Below are positions 1-11,887 of a DNA stretch of 64,000 bases, in pieces. The notes under the pieces are model-generated. The model did no database searches, had not been told where the DNA came from, and saw only the letters and a list, made by a program, of their open reading frames with translations. How positions within the stretch are numbered: the first letter of the stretch is position 1; each line of letters starts with the position of its first letter. The DNA comes from Microthyrium microscopicum (lineage: Eukaryota): NCBI GenBank assembly GCA_010405405.1, contig MU004236.1:1804070-1868069 (forward strand). Reading direction: 5' to 3'. Position numbers and translations under genes: made by a program.

Positions 1-848
1 CCAGGATCCGCCATTTGCTTGATGGTAACATTGTTGTCCGCTCCGAAGATTACTTGGTCAGAGCATCTACCAGACGCATGACAATTTCCGGATAGCAGTG
101 GATCTTTGCTGGTTCCAGTTGTGTATTCCACTGCTATCTTTTCATCATATGCTCCAGTTGTGCTATCAAAAGTCTGCACATCTCCTGGATATGTGCCAGC
201 TTTCACAATGAGCGGGAAATCAACGGAATGGACTCCGCCTAAGGAGTGTCCGCAAACGACAAGTTGTATCATCGCCGCATCTGTCGCGAATCCCATACGT
301 TGGAATTGGTTGCGAAATGTGTCGATCGAGTTTTGAGGTTGTGGTACGCCGGAAGGCCCATGGGCAGTTGCATCAATTCTTCCAGTTCGAATCTGGACAA
401 TGGGTCCACCGCAAGCTCTGACGGCTGTATATACTCCGAGTGATAGCAAATCGGCTATGGATGATCTCGACGACAGGAAAGGCGCAAGATGAACGAGTGT
501 AGAATTGAAGGCTGCTCCCACGTTATCGGCTCCGAAGACTCCAGTGAGCTCGAACATTAGAGAAGCATCCATTCCGCCAATGCCCTTGTTGACTCCAACT
601 GCACTTCCTGGCGAAGCATCATGAAATGCTGATCGGAGCCATTCTGCAGCGGCATTCCGTCCTGCTCCATCAGCGGAAGATCCGCAGGGAGTTACTGGCC
701 CCGAGAAAGCACGAGCGCGATATCCTGTATTAAGAAACATTATATCCTCCAATTCGTCGAAGGCAGATGGCCATGTTGGAGCCGTTGAGGCGCGAAACGG
801 TAACCAGAGAACGCACGAGGCCAGAATCAAAGAGAGTGAGGAAGGCAT
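1..848 (-). CDS. Secreted fungal heme peroxidase-like protein (class II-like, often WSC-fused type); 3' part runs off the window
   Basis: Not in the ORF track. Manual translation from ATG 848: MPSSLSLILASCVLWLPFRASTAPTWPSAFDELEDIMFL...AAEWLRSAFHDA (distal Arg/His)...GGMDASLMFEL...ACGGPIVQIRTGRIDA...VCGHSLGGVH (proximal His). Signal-peptide-like N-terminus. Confidence 0.88.
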   Translation of the reverse strand, partial: MPSSLSLILASCVLWLPFRASTAPTWPSAFDELEDIMFLNTGYRARAFSGPVTPCGSSADGAGRNAAAEWLRSAFHDASPGSAVGVNKGIGGMDASLMFELTGVFGADNVGAAFNSTLVHLAPFLSSRSSIADLLSLGVYTAVRACGGPIVQIRTGRIDATAHGPSGVPQPQNSIDTFRNQFQRMGFATDAAMIQLVVCGHSLGGVHSVDFPLIVKAGTYPGDVQTFDSTTGAYDEKIAVEYTTGTSKDPLLSGNCHASGRCSDQVIFGADNNVTIKQMADP

Positions 849-1691
849 GATTGAACGAGTGACTTGAGTTAGAAGTGAAAACTAAAATTCTTCAGAGAGT
901 GAATATACCCATCATGACTATTTTCTACTAAGAATAGAGATAATCATGAACGAGCGTGCATCACGACAACAGGAGATAAAAATCTGGATTTTGAGTTAAG
1001 TCGGACCAACTCCGTAGTGCGAATTGCTAACATGGCGTGCATGGCTAGAGTATCCGTAGCGCGTGCGACACTGCCTGCGATGGGAACGGCGACTATGTTG
1101 AAATCAGAAACGACATATGGCTATCTCCCCTTAATGCTTCATGTTGGCCAGAACCCATTCGTGGAGTTTTTGAAATTGTCAACTTACAGGGGGGAGATAG
1201 GCGTTGCCAAAAATGGACAATGGACAAGCCGAGAAGAATCCCATGAAGAGTGCAGTAGGTATTTGAGATGTGGTCGTGAACATGGCTTGCGTTGAAGGTG
1301 AGGTTGGACCCAGGGGTTGGCACTAATCGCTAGCGTCACACTAAGCCTTGCTTTTTTTGTGGCCCGGGCATTTCCACTTCACCAACTGGCAACCACCAGG
1401 TTGACCGTACCACGTTCGACATCCGGTCTAAACTTGTAGGTTGCAACCAATATTATTGTGCGCACAAGACCAATCTGGCATCATTTTATTCATGTTCTTG
1501 GAATCCTCCATTCTACCAAGACTTCATGGATCCAACGCTTGACTGGAGAATCAATTATCATCCCTTATCATCCTTGACATTAATAGGTACTCTCGTCGTA
1601 GAGTTCCTCCAGTAGTATCCGTATTATATGTCCACCCAATGAGAACCCGGATGACGCCCTTTCCGTCCAAGTGATAACGAATGGAAAGAGC

Positions 1692-3465
1692 TCAACTGCA
1701 CTTGCCTTGCTGCCACATTTTTACCGATTTCACAATCATTCCGGAATCTGAACCTTTTCCCCAGGTTGGGTACCATTGATCTTTGGCTAGAAACTTGTTA
1801 GGCCTGAGCATGATACTGGGATCGATGAAAGTCTGAAATACCTTTGTAAAAGTCTGCGCCTGCAGTAGTTCCATCATCAACCCAAGGCTTTGATCCAGTA
1901 CCGTCTCTGCCAAGCATTGATTAGTATGTACATAAGTTGCACGTCCGAGGTAGCTGTTGACTTACGGGAAGTACCCATTGCGGCCTCCAACTGCAACATT
2001 GAGGATGAGGAAAAACTTTTGATCAAAGGGGGCATTTTTGTGGCCGGTTTTTGACCAAGGGTCATTCAGCAAGGTCTGGTTCTCCATTGCTCCAGCGAAA
2101 TTGCCAAAATCCCACATGTTCTTCTTGAAGTTCATGTACAGAACGGTTTGCAGTCGATTGTCGATGTATGTGAACAGATAGTCCTCACTCCACTCAAGAC
2201 CATAAGTATGAAACCCTTTTGCGAGGGTGGTCCGGCGGAGCAGTTTCGAGTGGGTTGTGCGCCAGTACGCATCTGTTAGAGCACTGGGTCCTGCCAACTT
2301 GGTCAGTCTAATAGCTCGGCAGGATCGGATGATCGAACGTACCCCAATGAAGAGTACTACTGAACGTATCTTTGCCTCCCTTGGGATAGAGCACATCATT
2401 TCCACGGCTTTCCATAATGTCAATCTCGCCAGATGCTGGCCAAGGACCATATGTATCCGTCTCGGGCATCATCCAGATAGCAGGCCATAACCAATCACCA
2501 GATGGAAGCTTTGCGATGACTTCAACTCTCCCGTAGGTAATAGACTTCTTGGACTTTGTGTTCAAACGCGCAGACCGAACCGAAGGGATAACAGATCCAG
2601 TAGTAGAGTTTGAGGAGGCACTGCAGTCCTCTAGGAGCGCCTTCCCTGTATCACTGGATGTGCAAGAACCATCACCAGATTTGGTAAGATTCAGCGAGTA
2701 TCTGCATATATAAGCATATATTTGGGCAAGGATATTCTGACATAAACACCGCTTACCCGTTGAGGATTTGGGCACTGGTGATGGGAGTCGAATCTGTTGT
2801 CAGGATTGGCACAATGTGCAGACCTTCGCTATCAACATAAGCATTGCGAGGATCGGTTGTCGTCCAGTCAAAAGAACCGGTGCCGAATCCATTGACCTAT
2901 ACATTCATTTAAATCGCAAATCTTGAAATATTGTGGAAAAGCCGTTTACCTGCACTTCGTGGTTCCAGACACTTGTATCAAGCTTGCTAAAGTTGTCCTC
3001 CAAAACTAGACAATACTAGAAGTGATGTTGGTTAGTAGGCTTTCCATGCTCGAGCTTAGGGAAGGCATACGTCGTGTTTTACAGCCCTCTTGTAGCCCAG
3101 ATAGTAGTTGATGTATCCTATAAGTGGGATCGAAAATAGAATAAAAGCCCACACAATCCAATTGCTATAGCGTATTCTGGAGAGACGTTTGTCATCTGTC
3201 CATGGCCGGTCATACCTGACAAAGATTTAGCACAGAATGAAAATGATTAATTCGAAAAGGATAGGAATTCGTACTTGTCAGTCAATAGATATGATTTGAA
3301 TTCGCGCTTGGGTGCCCTTGAGGGTGTCGCGTAGCCTGAGTTAGTACCTGTTGTAAGACCAAGTCGTGATGGAAATGGAGTAAGCTCCAAATCTATGGAG
3401 CGGCGAGGGGAAGTAGCACCACTGCTGTTGTAAGCCCCATCATTTCTTTGGAAGGTTTGATCCAT
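1692..3465 (-). CDS. GH16 beta-1,3-glucanase / glucan-binding-protein-like enzyme with N-terminal membrane anchor (multi-exon)
   Basis: GDWLWPAIWMMP...WPASGEIDIMESRGN (ExDxxE catalytic motif), FHTYGLEW, APFDQKFFLILNVAVGG. Hydrophobic WIVWAFILFSIPLIGYI segment near the N-terminus. ORF pieces are joined by GT-AG introns. Confidence 0.93.
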
Positions 3466-5572
3466 TTCTCGCAATTAGATATTGGCAGGAAATGATTATA
3501 GTTTGGATGTCCAGGACTCAGAACAAGTCTATAACATTCGGATATGCTGGGCTCAATGACAGGATAACTTTCATATTGATTTCAACAATCTATGCCCATT
3601 CGGCGCCTTGACAGGGAAGTTGCAAGAGTGCATCAAACTTGAGGCGTTTACGGTGCACTGCAAGTCGAGTGCGCCTTTTGAGCCACAATATTTGTAGGAT
3701 TCGGTTTCTGTACCAGACTCAAGGGTCGACAGGATCAGGCTGCCAAAACCCAGAGATACCGAAAAACAAATTCTCCAAGTTATTTCTGTAATCAGTATGG
3801 GTACCTGCAGCGTACAGCAAGCAACAACGACTCAGGGGCCCTGGGGAGCTTGTTTGTGATTAGCTGGCAGTTGTTCTAATGCTCGCAGCCTTTCAGGCCG
3901 TTATCTTCAGATAACGATAGAGCGACGGCTTCAAGAAGGATGTGGACATGATACACAGCTTCCATTTCATCCACGGGAAGAACTATGGCGGGCCAAGCAC
4001 GCCTTCATCTCCAGCGCGTTGCTACTGCTGAAACCTCGCCATCAAACGTCGAAGAAGTATCCATCTTGCAATTCTGAAGATGCGAAAGAATTGGCATAAT
4101 CGCTGCCGGTAATTTTGTTGAGAACCGGTGAAGTGACGATCGGGAAGTCCACATGGAATTAATATGGCCCTTCCCAAAGATAGAGTAAGGCTGGAATTCT
4201 TGGAAATGCTGATCGTTTTCTTCAGACAACGTGAAGTAGATGATCCCACCCAACGCATTGAATCTACGAGGGGTGGAACTGCGCTCTCTTCTCGTAGCAG
4301 CAGCACCTACTTGAAAGATTTTCGAGCTTTACAGCAATAACAGGAAACAAAGAGCTGTTGTCTGTCGGCTCTCCCTAAATTGGGCGTCTTCAGTAAAATG
4401 AGATGGCATATTCCGTTGCACCGGGATGACATTTGCCGGCCAAATGATTGGAGTAGACCCAAATACCTGGACTAGGATGGCAAACCTGTTGGTTGCATTC
4501 CGATATCAACTCAAGAGATAAGCGCTTACTTAGGCTTGCGGCGCTTGGCTGGGCGTCATCATATTGTCCTAAACCGTTGAGGTTGGCGGAGAATTGAACC
4601 AGTTGTGGACAAGGGGTCAACTACCGACGGCTCAATGGTGATGTGCTCAGATCGGGCTGAAATCCGCCGCGCACAGTCTATTCCCATCATTCATTATTTG
4701 TTGGTTTTGCTACTGGTGGCTGACTTTAGCGTTCCCGATTCTGGGGAAACCGGGACGGGAGCTTAGATGCACTACGGTAAACTTACTGGGCCTAGACTAG
4801 ACTGGAGCGCCCCCACGTCTCACGATTGCTTTTGAAGCTAAACGCTCCAGCCAATCAAAATGCGGTTTATTCCATTAGGGTGATTCCATCAGGCTGAACT
4901 CTTCCTGCTCCAAAGTTGTAACATTTGGCTGCCAAAGACACGTTTCTGTAGAAGGCTCTCCGGAGCCTCAATACTCTCCTTTTCGTTAAGAAAAGCCATG
5001 ACGGCGACACTTTCGGTAGTGCGCCTGCCTATCACTTCCATCATATCTTGGAGGCGTGGCGTTCTCAGATCGCTCAGCTTGAGTTTATCGTAGTGGCACC
5101 ATACTGCCGCTTCATCAAAGAGGATTCCAGTATCTGCACCGTTTCAATCATTATCTATGTCTTATCGGTGCCAATTTCATCCTAGCTACACGACGCGCTT
5201 AGCTCCTCTGATTTTATTGTGTATTTCTTGCATGTTTGCACTTGTATATTCATAGCCTTCTAGTCGTTCATTCGAACCAATCTCCATCACGAATCATGAG
5301 AACTTAGAGAAGTCCTGATCTCCCAGGATACGTATCTCAGCCTTACTAACCTTTAGCCTTGTACTCCCGTTTAGCGACATCAACCCCTCTGGAAAATCAC
5401 TTCACACACCGGACCATAACACCTTCATTAACACTGTCAAGTTGGTCCGAGTATGCCAAGCCCGTATTGTATTATCACACTCATTTGATACCTTGATAAC
5501 ATTCGCTTCGCCCTACTGCCTCTCATACAAAACAACAGACCAGCTCTTTCGCAACTCTCCTTCCTAGAAACC

Positions 5573-8500
5573 ATGGCTAGTGCACCGATAACTCGGCGTA
5601 ACTCGTCCGACACTGGCTCAAACCATACGTTTACCATCACAGACCCCACTGGGCAGAGTTTATCAAGACCTATTTCAACAGTATCCTCGGAACTAAGATC
5701 TTTCCCGCCGCCGTCAATGGCTCATCTGTCCGGTAACATCTCTCAAGGACGTCGAGGCTCCCTGCCTACTTTGGACAAACGAAATTCAAGTAACAGACTT
5801 ACCATGGCCTCCATCAATGACGAAGCTAGATATCGAGCGGTGAGTTTGAAGATCTCACCCAAATACTTATTGTTCGTGCTGACCAAATCAGATTGCAGAC
5901 TATCTTTACAGCAAAATCTCGGCACAGAATTGGTTCAGTCCATCAGTACCAGGAAGCCCCAGAGGAGTCCTATTGCGCAAGGCCCGGGAAAAGTATGAGA
6001 CGCAACCTCGCACTATCGATTCAATGCTCGGTGCTGCGGTCCTCAAGATGAATGTCGGATGTGCCTTCACCATGTCGACTCAAACCACTTTGGTAATCGG
6101 CTCAACCCTTCAAACATATGAGACAGAGATCTCTCTTCCAGATGGATCTCAAGTTCAGGTCATCGACTCCTTAGCTGACATCGTGGAATCAGGGACTGGA
6201 TTCGTCAAAAAGTTCCAGTATTGTGCATATCTTCGGCAAGAACAATTTCTTCTAGTATGGCACGATGATTTAGAGTGCATCTTGCAAAAGGCAATGGAAA
6301 TCGAAGACAAACTTCTTGGCTTGGTAAGCTCTTCAAAAGCGCCAGATGAGTAAGTAGCTATGACTAACCGATATATAGATCTGGGGATCAACAGCTTCAC
6401 CGTTTGCTCTGAACACCCCTCCATTGTCGAAGCAGAACAGCGCTTATCCATCGACCGTCTACCTACCACTTGACACCAAAGGCCAACCTGGTGTTTCTGA
6501 AACCGAACTTCCGCTCGAAGAAAGCGACGAGGAAGCCGCCACTGCAAGTCAAGAGTCGTTGAGTCGACCCTTGGTCTTCACCAGCTCGATTAACACTGGC
6601 ATGGGAATGTTCTTGATTCTAGTACTCATCCTAGGTCTTGGAGTTTCGTCTCTCGTATTCGAGTCAATGATGGATGGCAATTACATCCGATACGCTCTAA
6701 TCGCCACAATTCCCTTATTCATCATTTTCAGCATGTTCTTCTGTATTGTCTTAGTCTCGGATTTGTTCCGTGCTTTCGGACCCATAACCTCGATGCGCAC
6801 CAACAGTCGTTTCTTCTCTGCGGTTGCACCGAATTACAAAAAGGCTATCGCCACGGGGATGTCACCCCCTCACATCACAATACAGATGCCTGTTTATAAG
6901 GAATCTCTCGATGGCGTTATCATCCCAACACTTCGAAGCTTGAAGAAAGCTATCTCACATTACGAATGTCACGGCGGTACAGCATCAGTGTTCATCAATG
7001 ACGACGGAATGGCCTTCCTAAGTGAGGAAGAGCAAAAAGAGCGAATCAACTTTTATCATGACAACAATGTTGGGTGAGTGTCTCGTGCTGTACCTTACGT
7101 CTTCTAATGCTAATTCACCCTCGTAGCTGGGTTTCAAGGCCTAAACACGGAGAAGACGGTTATCAGCGTAAAGGAAAGTTCAAGAAGGCTTCCAACATGA
7201 ACTTTTGCTTGAACATCTCTTGCCAGGTTGAACAGATACTACGAAAATTCGTTGATCAGAAGATGCAAAGTGAGAAGGCGGAAGCAGCCTTTTTCGATTC
7301 CCGCGAGGAAGAGAGCTTATATCAAGACGCTCTTGAGCAAGTTCTGGAGGGCGATAAAAGAGCTAAAGCAGGTGGCAACATCCGGGTCGGAGAGTTTATT
7401 CTCATCGTTGACTCTGATACCCTAGTAGTAAGTCAAAGGGTTTACCTTTTTAGTTCGCAATATCTAATCCCAGTTCCACAGCCTGAAGATTGCCTCATTT
7501 ATGGTGCCGCCGAGATGTTCTTCTCTCCCGAGGTGGCTATCATTCAGCATGCTACAGGTGTCATGCAGGTTCAACATGATTACTTCGAGAACGGCATCTC
7601 TTTCTTCACAAATCTCATCTACTCTGCCATTCGATTTGCTGTTGGCAATGGCGAGGTAGCGCCTTTTGTGGGCCATAACGCCTTCCTGCGTTGGAAAGGT
7701 ATGAGTTCCTTCCCAAATTCGATCTGTGCGGGCCATAGCTGACAAAAGGTTTGATGTAGCTGTACAATCAGTTGGACGCGTAGAGGAAGGTGGATACATC
7801 GCATATTGGTCTGAAGCCCACGTGTCGGAAGATTTTGACATAGCTTTGCGACTGCAAATCGAAGGTAAATGTGCTTGAATCATAACAATACTGCAATGCT
7901 AACACGAAATCAGGAAGCATCGTCCGCCTAGCAACTTACCAAAACAATGAATTCAAAGAGGGTGTGTCCTTGACCATCTATGACGAACTGAATAGATGGG
8001 AGAAATATGCCTACGGTTGTAACGAGTTGGTGTTCAATCCCATATGGACATGGCTTTGGCGAGGACCTTTTACGAAGCTCTTCATCACTTTTCTCCGATC
8101 TGACATGCACCTGTCCTCTAAAATTACAGTTTTGGGTTACATTTCTTCCTGTAAGAGAACCTCCCCCAATCCTCCAGGCACTAAAGTTCTTCCCTAACAA
8201 TCCTTCCTTTCCAGATTATGCCCTCGCTTCCAGCTTTCCTCTTACCATTCTCAACTACTTCCTGACAGGGTGGATAATAGACGAGCTCGATAAGTTTTAT
8301 CTACCATCTTGGCAGGTATTCCTCTCGGTGGTGTTGGTCTTCAGCTTCAGCGGTAACGTCACTCTTGCAATCATGCGCTATCGGTTGAAGGAGAAAGCTC
8401 TTTGGGCTTCTCTGGTCGAAAACTTCAAATGGGTAAGCATGACCCCTTGTGAACATTTTATCATTCATTCTGCTGTTTTCCTACTTTGTGTTTCTTAACG

Positions 8501-8915
8501 ACAAAGAGTGAAACCGATGGAACCTGAGCATCACGTTGTGAACGTCGACAATATGAATCCCTGCTAACGAAGCTAGATGCCATTCTTTAGCATTTTCTTC
8601 GGAGGTCTCTCTTTCCACCTTAATCTGGCTTTGCTATCCCATATGTTCGGCATTGACATGCAATGGGGAGCCACTCAGAAGGAAGTTGAGAACAGTAACT
8701 TTTTCATGGAAATGCCCAAGATCTGGCAGCGCTTCAAGTGGATGTACGCCATCGTTATCCCGATGTTCGGCTGCATGATTTATCTCGGCTGTTTTGCTCC
8801 TAGAGGATGGGAGATCAATCAGGTCGTTTCGATTGTCCCACTGGCAGTGATGCTGGCTAGTCATGCACTGGTTCCCTTCGTTCTCAACCCCAGCGTTATG
8901 GTTTTCAATTATTAG
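5573..8915 (+). CDS. Membrane-integral GT2 glycosyltransferase (processive polysaccharide-synthase type; multi-exon)
   Basis: Two TM segments, then ITIQMPVYKE, INDDG, FKKASNMN, IVDSD (DxD), VGHNAFLRW, VSEDFD (catalytic base) and ELNRWEKYAYG (QxxRW-equivalent). Several C-terminal TM helices. Canonical introns, e.g. 5840-5898. Confidence 0.92.
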
Positions 8916-9937
8916 TTTTTGACTTGATGTGAGACTGGACCGCTCTGCTCTTGCCAAGGCTTTGTAATGGTATTTAATGGATCACAGCAGGCTATAGATG
9001 GCCGGTATTTGGTGTTAAGACACGATAGAAAGCGTGAGATAACAATGGACTATAATTAAAGGGATTCATATCACAGTCAGAGTGAATTTCCTACCCACAA
9101 TGTTTTGTGATCTTTGAGAACAAAACACAGATAACCAATGAGTCTGAGATTTGGGAGCGACTCATGCTCTTGAGGAAAGGCCGGTGCTTCGACCTTCCCC
9201 TGGCGACTTCTGTCGAATTGGGTTGGATCAGTAATTAGACAGGTTCTCAATCACTATCAGTGGCTTGAATTACCCGAAAGAGGCTTTGATAGGATCAATG
9301 CTTCTTGGAAGACGGCTATACATTCTTCAATCCTCCAAGCCAAGGACCCATGAGCAGATTGATCCTCTTGGTCTAGCCAGTTTACCGGTGACCAAAATAA
9401 ATAGCACGCTCGCATCGAGTAGGATCGGAGTCGTCGTCGTACTTGAAGTTAAAATAAGTTCTTAGACTCGTCGCTCCCTCTGGGCCCAGAGTCATTCTGC
9501 TCTCTTTGATCATTTATGGACAAGGGCAATAGTCCAGACCTATGAAGTAATTGTGGATCTTGTGAACTGTTTAGCCTTACTGAACAAGTCTAGACCTAGA
9601 TTTATCATGTAGTCAAGTAAAAATGCCCACCTTGCTAGGCTTGAACGTGGCGGTAAAGTCACCTTGACCGTCTGCCAAGCAGTTTTGTTTGACCACAACA
9701 CAATAATTTCTGGATCGTGTAGCGAGAGCTGGAAGCAATATTGACGCCTTTCGCAGAGGCTAGGTAGCTAATGGTCAATTTCATTTCTTACTTTTGTTAG
9801 CGTTTCTACTACAATTTATATCGTGGCAGCCCTCAACTCAATATCTCAATTCGCGCTTCTTCATACATAATTTTTGATTACCTTTCCTCACAGCCTCTGA
9901 TCTGTCTATCTAACCTAGTTCATGACATTCTTTTGAC

Positions 9938-11364
9938 ATGCGTGTCTCTACAGTTATCCTATCTGCAATTGCAGTTGTTTCCGCTGGGCCACTGAATCAA
10001 CGAGACAGTGTTCCAGCTTTTCCAGAACATGCCCACAATCGCTGGAGACTTGACGTCAATGAGTGCTGGAGGTCAGTCTGTGAAGATGCCATCTTTGATC
10101 CGAGAAATTAAAGGGCAATTAGCGACCTCGTCGGAAACGTCAGAGCTCTTGAGCACATAGCTGGAGTCGATGGCAACACGTTGACTCCTCAAAACTGTCT
10201 TGATGCATGCGAGGCCCAAGGCTTTAACTTGGGAGGCCTCGAATTCGGTAGAGAGTTAGTATTACCCAAGCTCTAGCGTGCTGGCTAGAACCATCTTTGC
10301 AATGACAATGGTGTACTAATATGCAATTTAGGTGTTTCTGTGGGAACACAATCATGGGCAACAACAGGCCCATTGACATTGGCAATTGCAATATGCCCTG
10401 CGCCAATAGCTCTGAACGCAGTAAGATACACCCCGTTGCAAATAACAGCTTCCGAAGACAATCGACATACTCCGTATCACAACCAGTGGTGGCTGCCAGC
10501 GCATCCACTTTCTACCTTAAGCGGTGTTTTTGATCGAGTGCTGTGGTTGCCACCAATTGCGCTGGAAGTTATAAGTTTAGACGCCTCAGAGACCGTTTGG
10601 TCTTCTCAGAGCGTGTCAGCTCTTAAAGCAGTCTTCAACTAACAAACGACCTTAGTCTGTGGAGGCGCTGGTGCTTTTGATCTCTACATACTAGACAGCT
10701 ATCCTTTCACCGAAGGTCCTGCGGCACCCATCGGTAGCTACAACGGATGGGGAATGACGCAGTGTTGGGAGTGAGTCCCTTCCGAAGTCTTGCTGCTACC
10801 AATCTGCTGACGCTTTTCTCCAGAGACTCGACCTCGGCACGTATTTTATCGGCCAATGCTAACCCATCCATTCCGATTGACCAAATGACTGTCGGCAAGT
10901 GCATAGACAACTGTGATGCACAGGGATATCTCAGCGCCGGCCTTGAGTTTGGAAGGGAGTGCTACTGTGGATCGCCTGTTTACCCGCCAGGAGAATCAAC
11001 AGATCTCGGAGATTGGTGAGATTGATATGGTAGAGGTATCATCAAACCTGAGCTCTCAGGCTGTTGACCACCTTCTACAAAGTCATTCATATTGTTGACC
11101 TCGACTAACCCACCTTCTAGTTCCATGCCATGCCTCGGAGACGGCTCTCTGTATTGCGGTAAGTCACAAGTTCTTCCAGACTGGGACAGAACGATTTTCA
11201 ATTACGTATGCTCGGCGGAGAGTTGCCATTACATTTGTTGGTTTCTATGACATCCCGATCTCGAAACTGCCTGTTGTCCTCATCCAAAAGTACTCTTTGG
11301 TAATTAGATCTAACGAAGTATAGGGGGTCCCGATCGAATGCTTATCTACCACAAGGAGCCATAA
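9938..11364 (+). CDS. Small secreted protein with two WSC carbohydrate-binding domains (multi-exon)
   Basis: MRVSTVILSAIAVVSAGP signal peptide. WSC1: LTPQNCLDACEAQGFNLGGLEFGRE/CFCG...CNMPC...CGG. WSC2: MTVGKCIDNCDAQGYLSAGLEFGRECYCG...MPCLGDGSLYCG/GPDRMLIY. Stop TAA at 11362-11364. Confidence 0.9.
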
Positions 11365-11887
11365 GGCACCAGGACTCGGTCAAAGCCTTGGAGATTAGTT
11401 GGAGCTCATCCATGCTAAGATTGTTCAAAAGAATATGTGTAAATAGCTTTCCTTGCGATGATTGACGCTTACTTGCTCAAGGCGGTCAGAATGAGTGGAT
11501 TATTCAGATGCTGCGTGTATTAGTTTTAAAATCACTTCAATATCTCCTAATGCAAAGAGAACTTGCCATCTTGAACATTTTCAGGAGTTAAATCATTTGA
11601 GAAAGGGACGAAAATGACACACGTAAAACGTGATAGACCTCGAAGTCTAGGTACCTATATAATCGCCCGCTTAACTCTGATGCCATAGAAACATCATGTC
11701 CTTATTTGAAAAATGTGTGATCAAGTCGAATTCCGAGGGGTATTTCCAAGGCAGGACTATATAGTCGACGCATAAATGACAGAATTTGTCGAGTCAATAT
11801 TTGGGAGTAAGATTTTTGTTGTATTGGGTACATGTCTATGTCTCGTACAAGAACTGCCATCCTATCATCATTGTTTTATTGATAACT

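Noticed and set aside
4005..4620. Short ORFs between the GH16 and GT2 genes
   Set aside because: No recognisable motifs or convincing splice structure; treated as divergent promoter DNA.
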